A program made the position numbers and the translations under genes. Of a stretch of DNA of 64,000 nucleotides, positions 1 to 11,152 are shown piece after piece. How positions within the stretch are numbered: position 1 is the stretch's first letter; each line of letters begins with the position of its first letter. Under the pieces are notes generated by a model that made no database searches, was not told the origin of the DNA, and saw only the letters and a program-made list of their open reading frames with translations. The stretch is from an uncultured Acidobacteriota bacterium (GTDB lineage: Bacteria; Acidobacteriota; UBA6911; RPQK01; JAPXNP01). The stretch lies in the NCBI GenBank assembly GCA_963777605.1, contig CAVZRV010000010.1, forward strand, positions 539,849 through 603,848, given 5' to 3'.

Positions 1-2
1 CC

Positions 3-1254
3 TGGACGGCACCGCGTCTTTCGCCGGCAGGGCCTTCCTTCGGGCTCGGCGACCGGCTCGGGTTGGCCGGTCCAGCCCACGTTCGTGCGGTCAGTGGCAC
101 CTCCCTTTTCCCGATTCTGGCCCAGCAGTCGATCCGGGAACTGGAGCGAACCCATAGAACGCCGCAGGAGGTCGTCGATTGTGCCACAGTCTCCGCCTTT
201 CAAGAGGACCTGCAAAGTGGATTCGGTGCCGATGCCGACCACCTTAAGTCAACCCGGGACATCGACCGGGTCAGCGGCGCCGGGTTCGGCTGGTACACGC
301 TCGATCCCGGCGAGCACGTCGTCAATGAAGCCGACCACATGAGCCCGACCGAGTTGAAGAGCCGCGCGGAAGACCTGGACTGGAGTCGTCTGGGCAGGTC
401 GATCGAGTCAGTCCGCGCCGATTATTCAGGGAAGACCTTCACGATCTCGGATTCCTTCCAGTTGAGCCCGTCGGACGACGAGATCTGGAGGGCATGGGTA
501 AAGTACGGCCGGGTGATCCGCCACGTCCATGAACTGCACGATCACCTCGAAAAGTGTTTCAGGAAAGACCGCTTCGAACTCGAACTGTCGGTCGATGAAA
601 CCGACTCGGTGACCAGCCCATTCGAGCATTTTCTGGTGGTCTCTGAACTGAAGAGGTTGGGCGTCCGAATCGACAGCATCGCGCCCCGCTTTGTGGGCAG
701 ATTTGAAAAGGGTGTCGATTTTCGCGGCGACCAGGACGAATTTGAGCGTCAACTGGAACGCCACGTGGCGGTCTCCCGGAAGCTGGGCCCCTACAAGCTG
801 AGTCTGCACTCCGGTAGCGACAAGTTCAGCATTTACCCGGCCTTCGCGCGAAACTGCGGTAAGTACACCCATGTCAAAACAGCCGGCACCAGCTACCTGG
901 AGGGCCTGCGCGCGATGACGGAGCTGGATCTGGCCCTGTTCAAGGAGATCCTCGACTTCTCCCGGGCTTGTTATCCGTCCGCCAAGGCCAGCTACCACGT
1001 CTCTGCCGAACTTGCCAACGTTCCCGAGGCTAGCCGCCGTGGACAGTGCGTCAGGGGCACGCCTTTTCGAGGCCAATGATGACGCCCGCCAGGTCTTGCA
1101 CGTCGCCTACGGAGATGTTCTGTGCGCCGAACTCCCGGACGGTCGAAGCCGTTTTCGAGAGCGGCTCCTGCAGGCCCTCGACGCCGGAGAGGAAGTCCAC
1201 TTCCGCTGTCTCGAGGCCCATTTCGAGAGGCACTTTTCGCAATTACGAGGCTGA
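3..1254 (+). CDS. uxaE: Tagaturonate/fructuronate epimerase UxaE (5'-partial, apparent frameshift near 1029)
   Basis: Motifs GLGDRLG, AQQSIREL, FGADADHLK, LSVDET, FEKGVDF, KLSLHSGSDKFSIY and HVKTAGTSYLE are present. The conserved C-terminal DARQVLHVAYG lies in the 1012-1254 frame. Confidence 0.88.
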
Positions 1255-1308
1255 CCGTTCAGGAGTTTTGATCGACATCGGGCGGATGAATCCTTATCCT
1301 AAGGAGCC

Positions 1309-3270
1309 ATGCGCGATCTGACCCGACGGACCTTTCTGTCTTCGGTCGGCAGCTACACGCTGGTTGTCAAGGCGAATCCTTCGTCTGATCCAAACGAACG
1401 GACACACTCCCAGGCGCCTGAACCGTCCGTTCCATCTGCGCCTTCCCGCCCCCTCCGCGGCGAGGAACCTCACATGCGGACGGTGGACCTGAACTGCGGC
1501 GTCCTGGTTGCCGGAGGAGGCCTCGCCGGAGTCTGTGCAGCGATTGCAGCCGCCCGCCACGGAGCCAGGGTCGTGCTCGTCCAGGATCGTTCCCGGCTGG
1601 GAGGAAACTCGAGCAGCGAAGTGCGCATGCACGTTGTCGGCGCGGACACTCACGGCCAGCGCCCGAACTGGCGGGAAGGAGGCCTGATCGAGGAATTCCG
1701 CCTCGAAGATGCCACGCGTAATCCCTATCGGTCGTTCGAACTGTGGGACCTGCTTCTTTACGAGAAGTGCCTCGCAGAGCCCAACCTGACCCTGCTCCTG
1801 GACACCACTCTCTATTCCGTGTTCCGCTCGGAGAACCGGATCCAACAGGCACTGGCCCGCTGCGACAAGAGCGAGCACATCTACCGGATCGCGGCGTCCA
1901 TCTTCTGTGACTGTACCGGAGACAGCCGGCTGGCACTCGAGGCGGGCGCAGAATTTCGCATGGGCCGTGAAGCCAGGGATGAGCTGGGTGAGTCACTCGC
2001 TCCCCTGGAAGCGGACGACCACACGCAGGGATCGAGCATACTGTTCACCGCCCGCCGCCACTCCAGACCGACTACGTTTCGGCCCCCGAGATGGGCCCGG
2101 ACGATCACCCGGGAACAGCTGAAGTTCCGACCGCCCGGAACCGACTCGTGGGAGTACGGCTACTGGTGGATCGAGTTGGGCGGGATGTACAACACCATCT
2201 CCGACAACGAGCGCCTTCGCTTCGAACTGCTCGCCGTCGTCCTGGGGGTCTGGGACTACATTAAGAATTCAGGAGAGTTCCCTTCCAGCGAAAATTGGGC
2301 GCTCGAAACGGTCGGCATGGTTCCCGGAAAGCGGGAGTCGCGCAGGGTGATGGGCGAAATTCTCCAAACTCAGGCCATGCTCGACGGGGGCTGGAAAGCG
2401 ATGACCGACGGAGTCGCAATTGGAGGCTGGAATTTCGACGACCACCCGCCGGGCGGATTCAACGCGTTCGATGTACCGCCATTCACGTCAGTGCCGGTTT
2501 CGGAACCCTACAACATCTCCTTCGGAGCTCTTTTCTCGAAGGACGTCGAGAACCTGATGATGGCGGGCCGCAACATCAGCAACAGTCACGTTGCATTTTC
2601 GTCCACTCGAGTCATGGCGACCTGTGCCTGCATCGGACAGGCGGTCGGAACGGCTGCCGCCGCCTGCGCTCTCCGGAACATCCTGCCTGCGGATATCCGC
2701 AATGATCCCGTCCGGATGAACCACCTTCAACAGGCGCTGTTGCGGGATGACCAGACCATTCGGGGCGTCACCAACCGCGACCGGAGGGACCGTGCATTGA
2801 AGTCCCGTGCCACGGCTTCGAGCACGATTGAGGGTTCCAATCCCGGCAATGTACTCACCGGGCTCACGCGGGATCCGGACGGCGGCTTTTCCAATCGGTG
2901 GGTTGCAGCCATGCCAGAGTCGGCCGGTACTGTGGGGCCGTGGATCGAGCTCAGGTGGGAGGAACCGGTGATCGTCCGTAAAGTCCACCTCACGTTCGAC
3001 TCCGGGTTTGAGCGGGAACTCACCCTCTCGGCGAGCGATCACGTGACCCGCAGGGTCATTCGCGGGCCTCAGCCGGAGACCGTCCGCGACTATACGGTCA
3101 CGGCGGAGACAGAAGATCAGGGGCAGGTTGAACTCTGTTCGGTCACCGAAAACTACCAGCGCCTGCGCCGCCATTCCTTCACGCCGGTTCGGATCCATTC
3201 CCTGCGGGTTCAGGTGCTGGCGACCAACGGCGACTCCCTGGCCCGGATTTACGAGATCCGTTGCTACTAA
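1309..3270 (+). CDS. FAD-dependent oxidoreductase (FAD_oxidored family) with Tat-like signal and C-terminal discoidin/galactose-binding-like domain
   Basis: N-terminal TRRTFL, Rossmann motif VAGGGLAGVCAA, LGGNSSSEVRM, GKRESRR and AGRNIS...STRVMATC; RBS AAGGAG. Confidence 0.85.
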   Translation: MRDLTRRTFLSSVGSYTLVVKANPSSDPNERTHSQAPEPSVPSAPSRPLRGEEPHMRTVDLNCGVLVAGGGLAGVCAAIAAARHGARVVLVQDRSRLGGNSSSEVRMHVVGADTHGQRPNWREGGLIEEFRLEDATRNPYRSFELWDLLLYEKCLAEPNLTLLLDTTLYSVFRSENRIQQALARCDKSEHIYRIAASIFCDCTGDSRLALEAGAEFRMGREARDELGESLAPLEADDHTQGSSILFTARRHSRPTTFRPPRWARTITREQLKFRPPGTDSWEYGYWWIELGGMYNTISDNERLRFELLAVVLGVWDYIKNSGEFPSSENWALETVGMVPGKRESRRVMGEILQTQAMLDGGWKAMTDGVAIGGWNFDDHPPGGFNAFDVPPFTSVPVSEPYNISFGALFSKDVENLMMAGRNISNSHVAFSSTRVMATCACIGQAVGTAAAACALRNILPADIRNDPVRMNHLQQALLRDDQTIRGVTNRDRRDRALKSRATASSTIEGSNPGNVLTGLTRDPDGGFSNRWVAAMPESAGTVGPWIELRWEEPVIVRKVHLTFDSGFERELTLSASDHVTRRVIRGPQPETVRDYTVTAETEDQGQVELCSVTENYQRLRRHSFTPVRIHSLRVQVLATNGDSLARIYEIRCY

Positions 3271-3330
3271 ACTTCCCTTCAGGAGATGCTCTGCCCGGTT
3301 ACGGTAAACTGTGCCTACAAGGAGGGTTCA

Positions 3331-3918
3331 ATGGCAAGCAAGAAGATTCTCATGCTGGTGGGAGATTTCGTTGAAGACTACGAGGCCATGGTGCCTTTTC
3401 AGATTTTGACAATGGTCGGGCACTCCGTTGACACGGTCTGTCCCGGAAAAAAGCCGGGTGAGTCGGTTCGGACCGCCATCCACGATTTTGAGGGCGACCA
3501 GACCTACAGCGAAAAGCCCGGGCACCGGTTTCCGGTCACTGCCGACTTCGACCAGGTGAACGTGGCTGACTACGACGCCCTGGTTGTTCCCGGGGGACGC
3601 GCCCCGGAGTACCTGCGGCTGAACGACCGCCTGATCGAGATCGTTCGTGAATTCTCCGCAGCCGGAAAACCGATTGCTTCCATCTGCCACGGCCAGCAGA
3701 TTCTGGTCACGGCCGGCGTCGTCAGCGGAAAGTTGTGTACGGCATACCCCGCGGTTAAGCCGGATATCGTGCAGGCTGGGGGGCGCTGGGGCGAAGTCAA
3801 CGAAACATTCTCGAACGCCTATGTCGATGGCGGCCTGGTCACGGCCCCGGCCTGGCCCGCTCACCCCGAGTGGATGCGCAAGTTCCTCGAAGTGCTGGGA
3901 TCGAGAATCGACCCTTAG
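3331..3918 (+). CDS. DJ-1/PfpI family protein (glyoxalase/peptidase C56)
   Basis: [18 protein letters not shown] and ICHG nucleophile elbow; RBS AAGGAGG before ATG 3331. Confidence 0.92.
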   Translation: MASKKILMLVGDFVEDYEAMVPFQILTMVGHSVDTVCPGKKPGESVRTAIHDFEGDQTYSEKPGHRFPVTADFDQVNVADYDALVVPGGRAPEYLRLNDRLIEIVREFSAAGKPIASICHGQQILVTAGVVSGKLCTAYPAVKPDIVQAGGRWGEVNETFSNAYVDGGLVTAPAWPAHPEWMRKFLEVLGSRIDP

Positions 3919-3923
3919 CAGCC

Positions 3924-4760
3924 TTACCTGCGAACCTGCTCCCGGACGGAATGGAGAAAGTCGGTGAGGTGGCCCAGGAACGCTTCCCTGCAGTCCAGAA
4001 AAGGCCAGTGGCCGGCACCGGAGACACCGACCAGGTTGGCACCTGAGGCTTCGAGCAAATCGAGAGAGCGGTGGCCGGCACCGCCGTCGAGTCCCGCCAC
4101 GTAAACTCCAGGCATCGAGAGTCGGGAAAACCGCTCAGCCAGGTCTTCCCGGCTCGAGTACTCGACCAACTCGCGCCCGTTGAGGTGAAATGCCCGGGGA
4201 TCGGCAAACATCAGGCTCGCAAAATAGCTGCGGGCGGCCGGCTCGGCAATGCCCAGTTCAAAGACCCATTCCCGAAAGTCGTTCCAGGAACGCTCGACGA
4301 AACGGGCCTCGTCCGTCGCCGCCGCCTTGCTGCTGAACATGCAGTCCTGAAGGCTGATGTTGCCTTCGATGTTGACGAAACCTTCGAAACGATCTGGGTG
4401 GCGCTCAGTGCAGAGCTGACCGATAACTCCGCCCATTGAGTGGCCGACCAGGATCACCGGGTGGAGTGCCATCTCTTCGAGGATCACACGAACCAGTCCG
4501 GAGAAATCGGCCAGCGTCAGCGGCCTCTCGAGCCACTCCGATCGCCCGTACCCGGGAAGATCAGGCATGACTTGCATCCACGAGGCCAACCGGGGGTCGG
4601 TAGCCAGTGACTCGAAGCAGAGGCTGGACTCCCCGAGCCCGTGGATATAGAGAATTGTCCCAACGGGGACCCTCGGAAGAATCGACTTGACGAAAACCCG
4701 ACTCACTACCGGGTGCGCAACGGAGATCAGCTGGTGGTGAATTGGAAGTGCCCGAAACAT
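3924..4760 (-). CDS. Alpha/beta fold hydrolase
   Basis: IHGLG oxyanion motif, DLPGYGRS, GHSMGG nucleophile and GAGHWP. Start uncertain. Confidence 0.85.
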   Translation of the reverse strand: MFRALPIHHQLISVAHPVVSRVFVKSILPRVPVGTILYIHGLGESSLCFESLATDPRLASWMQVMPDLPGYGRSEWLERPLTLADFSGLVRVILEEMALHPVILVGHSMGGVIGQLCTERHPDRFEGFVNIEGNISLQDCMFSSKAAATDEARFVERSWNDFREWVFELGIAEPAARSYFASLMFADPRAFHLNGRELVEYSSREDLAERFSRLSMPGVYVAGLDGGAGHRSLDLLEASGANLVGVSGAGHWPFLDCREAFLGHLTDFLHSVREQVRR

Positions 4761-7700
4761 CGGCGAGATGCTACCACGCCGAGGAGACGGATAAACTGCT
4801 GGCGTCCGACGAGAGATGAAGACTCCAGGCTGGGAAACCGATCGGTCGACCACGATGATCGCGTCACTTCGCCGGCCGCTGTTCCCAAACCCTGCCCACC
4901 CGCCCAGTTCCGCGCGGTAAAGTCGAGTCCGATACTGAATCGGCTCAACTCAGCGGCAATCGGTGCAAAGCTCCAGATGTGCACTCGGTTGGCTGCCGAA
5001 GAGAGAAAGAGTCGATCACCCTCTGCCCCGAAACAGATCCCGGTGACCGATTGGGGGTCGTCGAGGCGGAGGTTGGCGATCGTCTTGAGAGTAGGGCTTT
5101 CCAGAACCCGTATCGAATTCTGGTCCAGCACCAGGGCGACCAGGTTGCCATCCGGCGAAAAGGCGAGTTTCCCCGGAAGGTTCGAGAACCGGTCGGGTCG
5201 TTTGACCTGGAGTACCTCGTTCCAGGTTTCGGTCTCCCAGAAACGGTATTCTCCGCTGGAACCGGTGGCGAGCAGGTTGCCGGAAGGACTGAACTCGACA
5301 GCGACTGTTCGTTCTCCGGCTAGCAGTTCGGTGATGACGCGGCCGGTATGACCGTCCCAGACGACCGTGCGGTCTCCCCTCCAATTCCCGACCGCCACCA
5401 TCCCGCCCCGCCGACTCACGGAAGGATGGGCGGCTGTCGGAAAGGCGTTCAAGAGAAGCACGCGGGTTCGATCCGCAAGGCTGCGCACCATTGCACGTTC
5501 TCCTCGATGAAAGGAAGCCAGTTGCGTCCGTGACGGATCCACCGCCGCGTAGAAGCAGGATGCGGGCTCCAGAATCTCCGGCTCCAGTGCGGAGGCACCC
5601 CAAGCCGATTCCGGAAGGGTCCAGAGCAAAAGTCCGTCCGATCCGCAGCTGACCAGTTGACGGTCTCCGGACACAAAAAAAAGATCTTTGACAAGTCCCG
5701 TCGAAATCGCGCGGACAGGCTCAGAACCGTCCAGCGTCCGAATCTGGATTCCATCTCCCGCTCCCGACGCGAGCAGGCGCCCGTCGGCCGAGTTGTCGAT
5801 ACAAAGAGGCCCTTTTCCCGTATGTCCATACAAGGTCTGGAAGCTGTCCCCGTGCCGAAGACGCCAGAGACCCAGGTCGCTTCCGCCAACGAAACCAACA
5901 GTTCCGCCGTCCGAGGAGAATCCCAGGGCCTGCTCCTGGAGTTGGATGAGCTGCTCCCCCGAAAAGGCGTTCCAGAGGCGGGACGTCTCGTCCCAGGAAT
6001 AGGTCAGGACCAACGGAAGTCTGGGGTGAAAAGCGAGCTTGACGATCTCTGCCTGGTGCCCGGTCAGGACCGCCGTGGGTCGCCCGGATTCCATCGACCA
6101 GACGAGCGCCCTGGAGGCTCCATAACCCACCGCCAGGTGTTTTCCGTCTCCGCTCCAGTCCAAACAATAGGCCGGGGTGTCTGCTTCAAATTGCCGGACG
6201 ACCGCCCCGTCCGAGCGCCTGAAGACCAGAGTGAGTCCCTCCCGGCTTCCGACCGCCAACAACCGGTCGTCCGGACTGAATCGGATCTGGGTACAAGAGC
6301 CGGTGACTTGCCGCTGAAGCTGCTTCCGGCCCGTCTTCAATTCATAGGTGACCAGGAAGCCGTGTTCATTGGCGATGGCAAGAAGCCTGGAATCCCGTGA
6401 AAACGCCAGCGACGCACCCTGGATGAGACCAGGCAGTTCGAGAATCGGCCGCCCCGTCAAGAGGTCCCAGACCCGCACACAGGCCCCCTCCCAGGAATCT
6501 GCCCGGTGGTACTTCACCGCCAGGTACCGACCGTTGCCGCTGTGCGTCGAAACCCACGGGGCTCCCGGCGGTCCGCTGAGGACGTTCAACAACCTGCCGC
6601 TCCCCGTCTCGCGGATCTCGATGTCGCCTGAAACCAGGCCGAGAGCGTAGCTCCCGCTGCCGGGTTCGAAACTGACCGAGACTGACTCCTCGACAGGCCT
6701 CGGCCAGCGGGAGAACTCCTCCAGGTCGGTGAGCATGGCACTGGCAATCCCCTCGTCCCGCAAGTCCCCGCCAGTCTGGATCTCAGCGGCCTGGGAGAGC
6801 AGTGTCAGAGCCTGCATCCGCCTTCCGGGCGAATGACCGCGACGCAGCGCGGTCGCCTGGGCCAACAGGGCATTGCGCAGCCTCAGGTTGGCCTCCCGTT
6901 CCGACGAACGGGCCTTGACCGCCTGGCGTTCCGCCTCCAGCCGCGCCTGGTCCGCCTCCACGAGACCGATCGTCATCCCCACCACTCCCAGCAGAAGAGC
7001 GCAAAGGGCAATCGCGGCGGCAGCAAGAAACGGGCGGTGCCGCTTCATGAACTTGCCCGCGCGATACAGCGTCCCTCCGGGCCGAACCGACACCGGCTCG
7101 TCGTTGAGGAATCTCTCGATGTCTTGGGCCAGCGAGGTCGCCGAATCGTAGCGATCGATCCGGTCATGTGCCGTCGCCCGGGTCACGATACAGTCGAGGT
7201 CCCCACTCAATTCGGAAACCAGATCCCTGCACGAGGACGAACGGGCCGCAGCAATCGCCTCTCCTCGACGACCCAGATTCAAGAGCCGGGAGCTGGGCAT
7301 AGAGATTCCACCGGACGAGCCGGTCGGCCCTGACCGGGCCTCCCAGCCCTTGTCGTTGGAAAGATCCCAGGGCAGCACACCGACCAGGAGTTCGTAAAGC
7401 ATCACGCCCAGCGAATAGATGTCGGACCGGGTATCGATGTCCAGGCCGGTCCGGTCCGCCTGCTCCGGGCTCATGTAGGCCGGAGTTCCAATAACAGCCT
7501 GGCTCTGAGTCAACTCCAGGTCTTCGGACAGCTTCGGGCCAATCGCCTTGGCTATCCCAAAGTCGATGACCTTGGGAACCGGCCGGCCGTCCTGCATGGC
7601 GACGAGAACGTTTGAGGGCTTCAGATCCCGATGAATGACTCCCTTCTGATGAGCGTGCTGGACAGCCCTGCAGAGCGTGATCAAGAGGATCAGGCGATCA

Positions 7701-8209
7701 CGGACCGAAAGACGATTCTGATCGCAATAGCGGGTGATCGGGATCCCCTCGACCAGTTCCATAACGAAGTAGGGTCGTCCATCCGGTGCCTCACCCGCGT
7801 CGAGCACCTTGGCGATGTTCGGATGGTCCATCACCGCCAGCGCCTGCCGCTCCGCTTCGAAGCGCGCAAACACCTGCTTCGAGTCCATGTCCTGGCGAAC
7901 CAGCTTGAGAGCCACCCTGCGGCGGACCGGAAAGCGCTGTTCGGCCTCGTAAACCACTCCCATGCCCCCCTCGCCCAGAACCCGGACCGGCAGGTAGGGA
8001 CCGATAGGACGCATTTCGGAATCGGGTTTGGGAACGAGGCCTGAAAGGCTCACCTCATCCGCTATTCGATGGGCTTCGAGCAACCGCCGGATCCTCTCCT
8101 CCAAGGCGGGATCATTCTTGCAGGCGTCCGCTATGAACCGGTCCCGTTCGTGTAGGGGACAGACCAGACACGCTTCAAAGATTTCTCGTTCGCTGGAGTC
8201 TCTCAACAT
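4727..8209 (-). CDS. Membrane-anchored Ser/Thr protein kinase with C-terminal WD40 beta-propellers
   Basis: LGEGGMGVVY, VALK, IHRDLKPSN, DFGIAK and GTPAYMSPEQ; TM helix; many WD40-like repeats (GHQAEIVKLAFHP, FSPDG). Confidence 0.93.
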   Translation of the reverse strand: MLRDSSEREIFEACLVCPLHERDRFIADACKNDPALEERIRRLLEAHRIADEVSLSGLVPKPDSEMRPIGPYLPVRVLGEGGMGVVYEAEQRFPVRRRVALKLVRQDMDSKQVFARFEAERQALAVMDHPNIAKVLDAGEAPDGRPYFVMELVEGIPITRYCDQNRLSVRDRLILLITLCRAVQHAHQKGVIHRDLKPSNVLVAMQDGRPVPKVIDFGIAKAIGPKLSEDLELTQSQAVIGTPAYMSPEQADRTGLDIDTRSDIYSLGVMLYELLVGVLPWDLSNDKGWEARSGPTGSSGGISMPSSRLLNLGRRGEAIAAARSSSCRDLVSELSGDLDCIVTRATAHDRIDRYDSATSLAQDIERFLNDEPVSVRPGGTLYRAGKFMKRHRPFLAAAAIALCALLLGVVGMTIGLVEADQARLEAERQAVKARSSEREANLRLRNALLAQATALRRGHSPGRRMQALTLLSQAAEIQTGGDLRDEGIASAMLTDLEEFSRWPRPVEESVSVSFEPGSGSYALGLVSGDIEIRETGSGRLLNVLSGPPGAPWVSTHSGNGRYLAVKYHRADSWEGACVRVWDLLTGRPILELPGLIQGASLAFSRDSRLLAIANEHGFLVTYELKTGRKQLQRQVTGSCTQIRFSPDDRLLAVGSREGLTLVFRRSDGAVVRQFEADTPAYCLDWSGDGKHLAVGYGASRALVWSMESGRPTAVLTGHQAEIVKLAFHPRLPLVLTYSWDETSRLWNAFSGEQLIQLQEQALGFSSDGGTVGFVGGSDLGLWRLRHGDSFQTLYGHTGKGPLCIDNSADGRLLASGAGDGIQIRTLDGSEPVRAISTGLVKDLFFVSGDRQLVSCGSDGLLLWTLPESAWGASALEPEILEPASCFYAAVDPSRTQLASFHRGERAMVRSLADRTRVLLLNAFPTAAHPSVSRRGGMVAVGNWRGDRTVVWDGHTGRVITELLAGERTVAVEFSPSGNLLATGSSGEYRFWETETWNEVLQVKRPDRFSNLPGKLAFSPDGNLVALVLDQNSIRVLESPTLKTIANLRLDDPQSVTGICFGAEGDRLFLSSAANRVHIWSFAPIAAELSRFSIGLDFTARNWAGGQGLGTAAGEVTRSSWSTDRFPSLESSSLVGRQQFIRLLGVVASRRCFGHFQFTTS

Positions 8210-8382
8210 TTGTCCAGAAACCCTGGTTATTGCGACGGACCTGTTTCACATGGTTGAGCAGGAAGCAGGTGGGAACAGTCAGATTAGTCAAGGAATATAA
8301 CAAGAAAGCAATTACTGGACAATCTATTTCTCTTTGTGGAAACGTTGGGACAGAACGGCAGCCATTGACGGTCAGCCTTGGT

Positions 8383-8940
8383 TCAGGCCCCTTTCATATG
8401 GGTCAGAAGCCAGGCCCGTGCGTACAGCCAGTCTCGCTTGACCGTAGCCGGAGAAATCCCAAGGATCTCAGCGGTCTCCTCGATGCTGAACCCTCCGAAA
8501 TAGCGCAACTCCACAACCTGGACCAGCCGCTGATCCTCGGCTTCTAAAGCCTTTAACGCTTCGTCCAGCGCAAACAGGTCCAACTGGCGGTCGTCCGAGG
8601 CGACGGCCAGTTCATCGAACGTCATCTTGTTGACAGCCCCTCCGCGCTTCAGCGCAGCCCGTGACCGGGCGTAGTCGATGAGGACTCTCCGCATCGCCTT
8701 GGCAGCCGCACCGAAAAAGTGGCGCCGGTTCTCCCAACGGGGTTCACCTTCGAACAGCCGAATAAATGCCTCATTGACCAGCGCGGTCGGCTGGAGAAGG
8801 TGCCCGGGTGATTCCCGCTTCATCAGGATTGCCGACAACCGCCGAAGCTCCGAGTAGAGCGCGTTGATCAAACGGTCGAAGGCCTCCCGATCGCCCTGGT
8901 TCACACTCTCGAGAAGTTGTGTGATGTTGTTTTCAGTCAC
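8383..8940 (-). CDS. ECF RNA polymerase sigma factor (TIGR02999-type, kinase-associated)
   Basis: ITQLL..V..GDREAFDRL, LQPTALVNEAFIRL, RRHFFGAAAKAMRRVLIDYAR and VELRYFGG...TVKRDW; probable GTG start. Confidence 0.92.
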   Translation of the reverse strand: MTENNITQLLESVNQGDREAFDRLINALYSELRRLSAILMKRESPGHLLQPTALVNEAFIRLFEGEPRWENRRHFFGAAAKAMRRVLIDYARSRAALKRGGAVNKMTFDELAVASDDRQLDLFALDEALKALEAEDQRLVQVVELRYFGGFSIEETAEILGISPATVKRDWLYARAWLLTHMKGA

Positions 8941-9091
8941 GCTGTATTCTTTCTCCGAAGCAGGTCCAGCCGGGATCAGGTGAGGGGTTTTCCTGACTCT
9001 ATTCCCAAATTCCGAGAAAGTGAAGCTCCGGTGAGCCTCCAGTCGCTGATTCTCCGCACGTAGATACAGAAGGCAAAAAGGAGGTTCACGC

Positions 9092-9852
9092 ATGAAAGAT
9101 TCAAAGGGCTCACTCAATCGGCTGGCGACATTCATCTATGGGGTCGTCTGCTACATCATCTTCTTGGGGACGTTTCTTTACCTGATCGGATTTGTCTCCG
9201 GATATCTCGTTCCCAAGACTCTCTCGTCAGGGTCGTCGGACAACCTGGGACTCGCAGTCGTAATCGACGCGCTCCTGCTCTCACTGTTCGCTGCCCAACA
9301 CAACGTGATGGCGCGGCCGGAGTTCAAGAAGTGGTGGACGGGCATCGTGCCGCCTGCCACCGAGCGCAGTACCTTCGTCCTGCTCTCCAGTGCGAGCCTG
9401 ATCCTGATGTTCGTGTTCTGGTCGCCGCTTCCCACCGTCATCTGGAGCCTCGAGGGCGGCCTGGCGTACTGGCTGGTTAGCGCCACGGCCGCAATCGGAT
9501 GGATCGTGGTCTTGCTCTCGACCTTTTTGATCAACCACTTCGATCTTTTCGGGCTGCGCCAGGTTTATGGCCGCCTCACCGGCACGGACCGCAGCAGTCG
9601 CCCGTTCAAGACGACCGGACTGTACAAGTACGTTCGCCACCCACTGATGCTGGGGTTTCTCATCGCTTTTTGGGCGACAACCACGATGACGATTGGGCAC
9701 CTCCTCTTCGCGGGCTTTCTCACCCTGTGGGTGCTGGCCTCAATCCAACTCGAGAAACGGGACCTGGAAGCTTTCCACTGGGAGATCTATCGCGTCTACA
9801 AAAAGCGGGCCCCATGATTCTCACGCTAAAAGGTCCTTCCGGACGGCACTGA
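9092..9852 (+). CDS. mddA: Methanethiol S-methyltransferase MddA-like (ICMT family), apparent frameshift near 9812
   Basis: FAAQHNVMARPEFKKWW, ERSTFVL, INHFDLFGLRQV and YVRHPLMLGF. The usual 'PMIL' tail lies in another frame just at the 9817 stop. Confidence 0.82.
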
Positions 9853-10151
9853 ACAACCACGCAGAGACGTCTCCGTCTCTGACGGGACATTCCGGGGAGT
9901 AATGAAATGTTGTCAGGGATCAACGCGAGATCAGACGGGCCCAGTCCCGTCTGACTGAATCTGCTTCGGCGGACGAATGCGCTTTCACTCCAGGACCGGC
10001 AGCAGAAACTCTTCCCGGTAGCGGCCGTCCGCCGACTTCCTGAACTCGGTCAGACCTGTCCAGCAGGTCCGGTCCAGAATGCTCAGACGCTCGAGAACTC
10101 GACACGATCGTTGTGCTTGTTCCCTCGTCGATATCCCACTAAACTCCAGCC

Positions 10152-11048
10152 ATGTCTCGCAAAAACGTCCCGCTGCTTCTCATCGTGTTCGTTCCGCTGT
10201 TGTTGTCCTCGCTCCTGGCTGCCCAGAGCAAGGAGCCCACTACGATCCTCATCTGGCCTGACGGAGCTCCCGGGGCGGTCGGGGACGAGGACGTGGACCG
10301 GCCCACCCTGACTCTCTATCCGGCCGACCCGGCGATCAACACCGGAACGGCTGTCGTCATCTGCCCGGGCGGAGGGTACGCCATGGTGGCCATGGACCAC
10401 GAAGGCCACCAGTTTGCCCGCTGGTTCAATTCAATTGGGGTCTCGGCGTTCGTGTTGCGCTACCGGTTGGGAATGCGATACCACCACCCGGCGCCGCTTC
10501 AGGACGTCCAGCGGGCGATCCGCTACGTCCGGGTTAACGCTGCCGACTGGGGAGTCCAGCCAGACAGGATCGGAGTCATGGGGTTTTCCGCCGGTGGCCA
10601 CCTCGCCTCCACTGCAGGGACCCACTTCGACAGTGGGGACCCGAGCGCCCAGGAGCCCATATCCCGCGCATCCTGCCGGCCCGACTTCATGATCCTGGGG
10701 TATCCGGTGATCAGCTTCACGACAGAGTACACCCACCAGGGTTCCAGGAGACATCTGCTGGGCGACAACCCCGATCCTGCACTGGTCGAGTCACTGTCCA
10801 ACGAGTTGCAGGTTGCCAGCGATACTCCGCCGACATTCCTGGTCCACGCGGACGATGACCGGGGAGTCCCTCCGGAAAACTCGATCCTGTTCTACCTGGC
10901 CCTCAAGAAGGCCGGGGTCCCGGCCGAACTCCACATCTATCGGAAGGGCGGTCACGGGTTCGGGCTCGCTCCCCAGGACGCAATCCTGGGCTCCTGGCCC
11001 GGAAGACTGCGCGACTGGTTGCTGGGGACGGGCCTGCTCCGCCGCTAG
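10152..11048 (+). CDS. Secreted alpha/beta hydrolase (carbohydrate esterase, acetylxylan/feruloyl esterase-like)
   Basis: Signal peptide, ICPGGGY, GFSAGGHLA, HADDD and GGHGFG. Confidence 0.88.
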   Translation: MSRKNVPLLLIVFVPLLLSSLLAAQSKEPTTILIWPDGAPGAVGDEDVDRPTLTLYPADPAINTGTAVVICPGGGYAMVAMDHEGHQFARWFNSIGVSAFVLRYRLGMRYHHPAPLQDVQRAIRYVRVNAADWGVQPDRIGVMGFSAGGHLASTAGTHFDSGDPSAQEPISRASCRPDFMILGYPVISFTTEYTHQGSRRHLLGDNPDPALVESLSNELQVASDTPPTFLVHADDDRGVPPENSILFYLALKKAGVPAELHIYRKGGHGFGLAPQDAILGSWPGRLRDWLLGTGLLRR

Positions 11049-11152
11049 TTTCCAGCGGGGGACGAACCGGTCAACAACGCCGGTCCCGAGAATGAACTTT
11101 CTGTCTTCGTCATTCGTATTCAAAGCAGAGTGGAAACAAGAGCGAGGAAACC

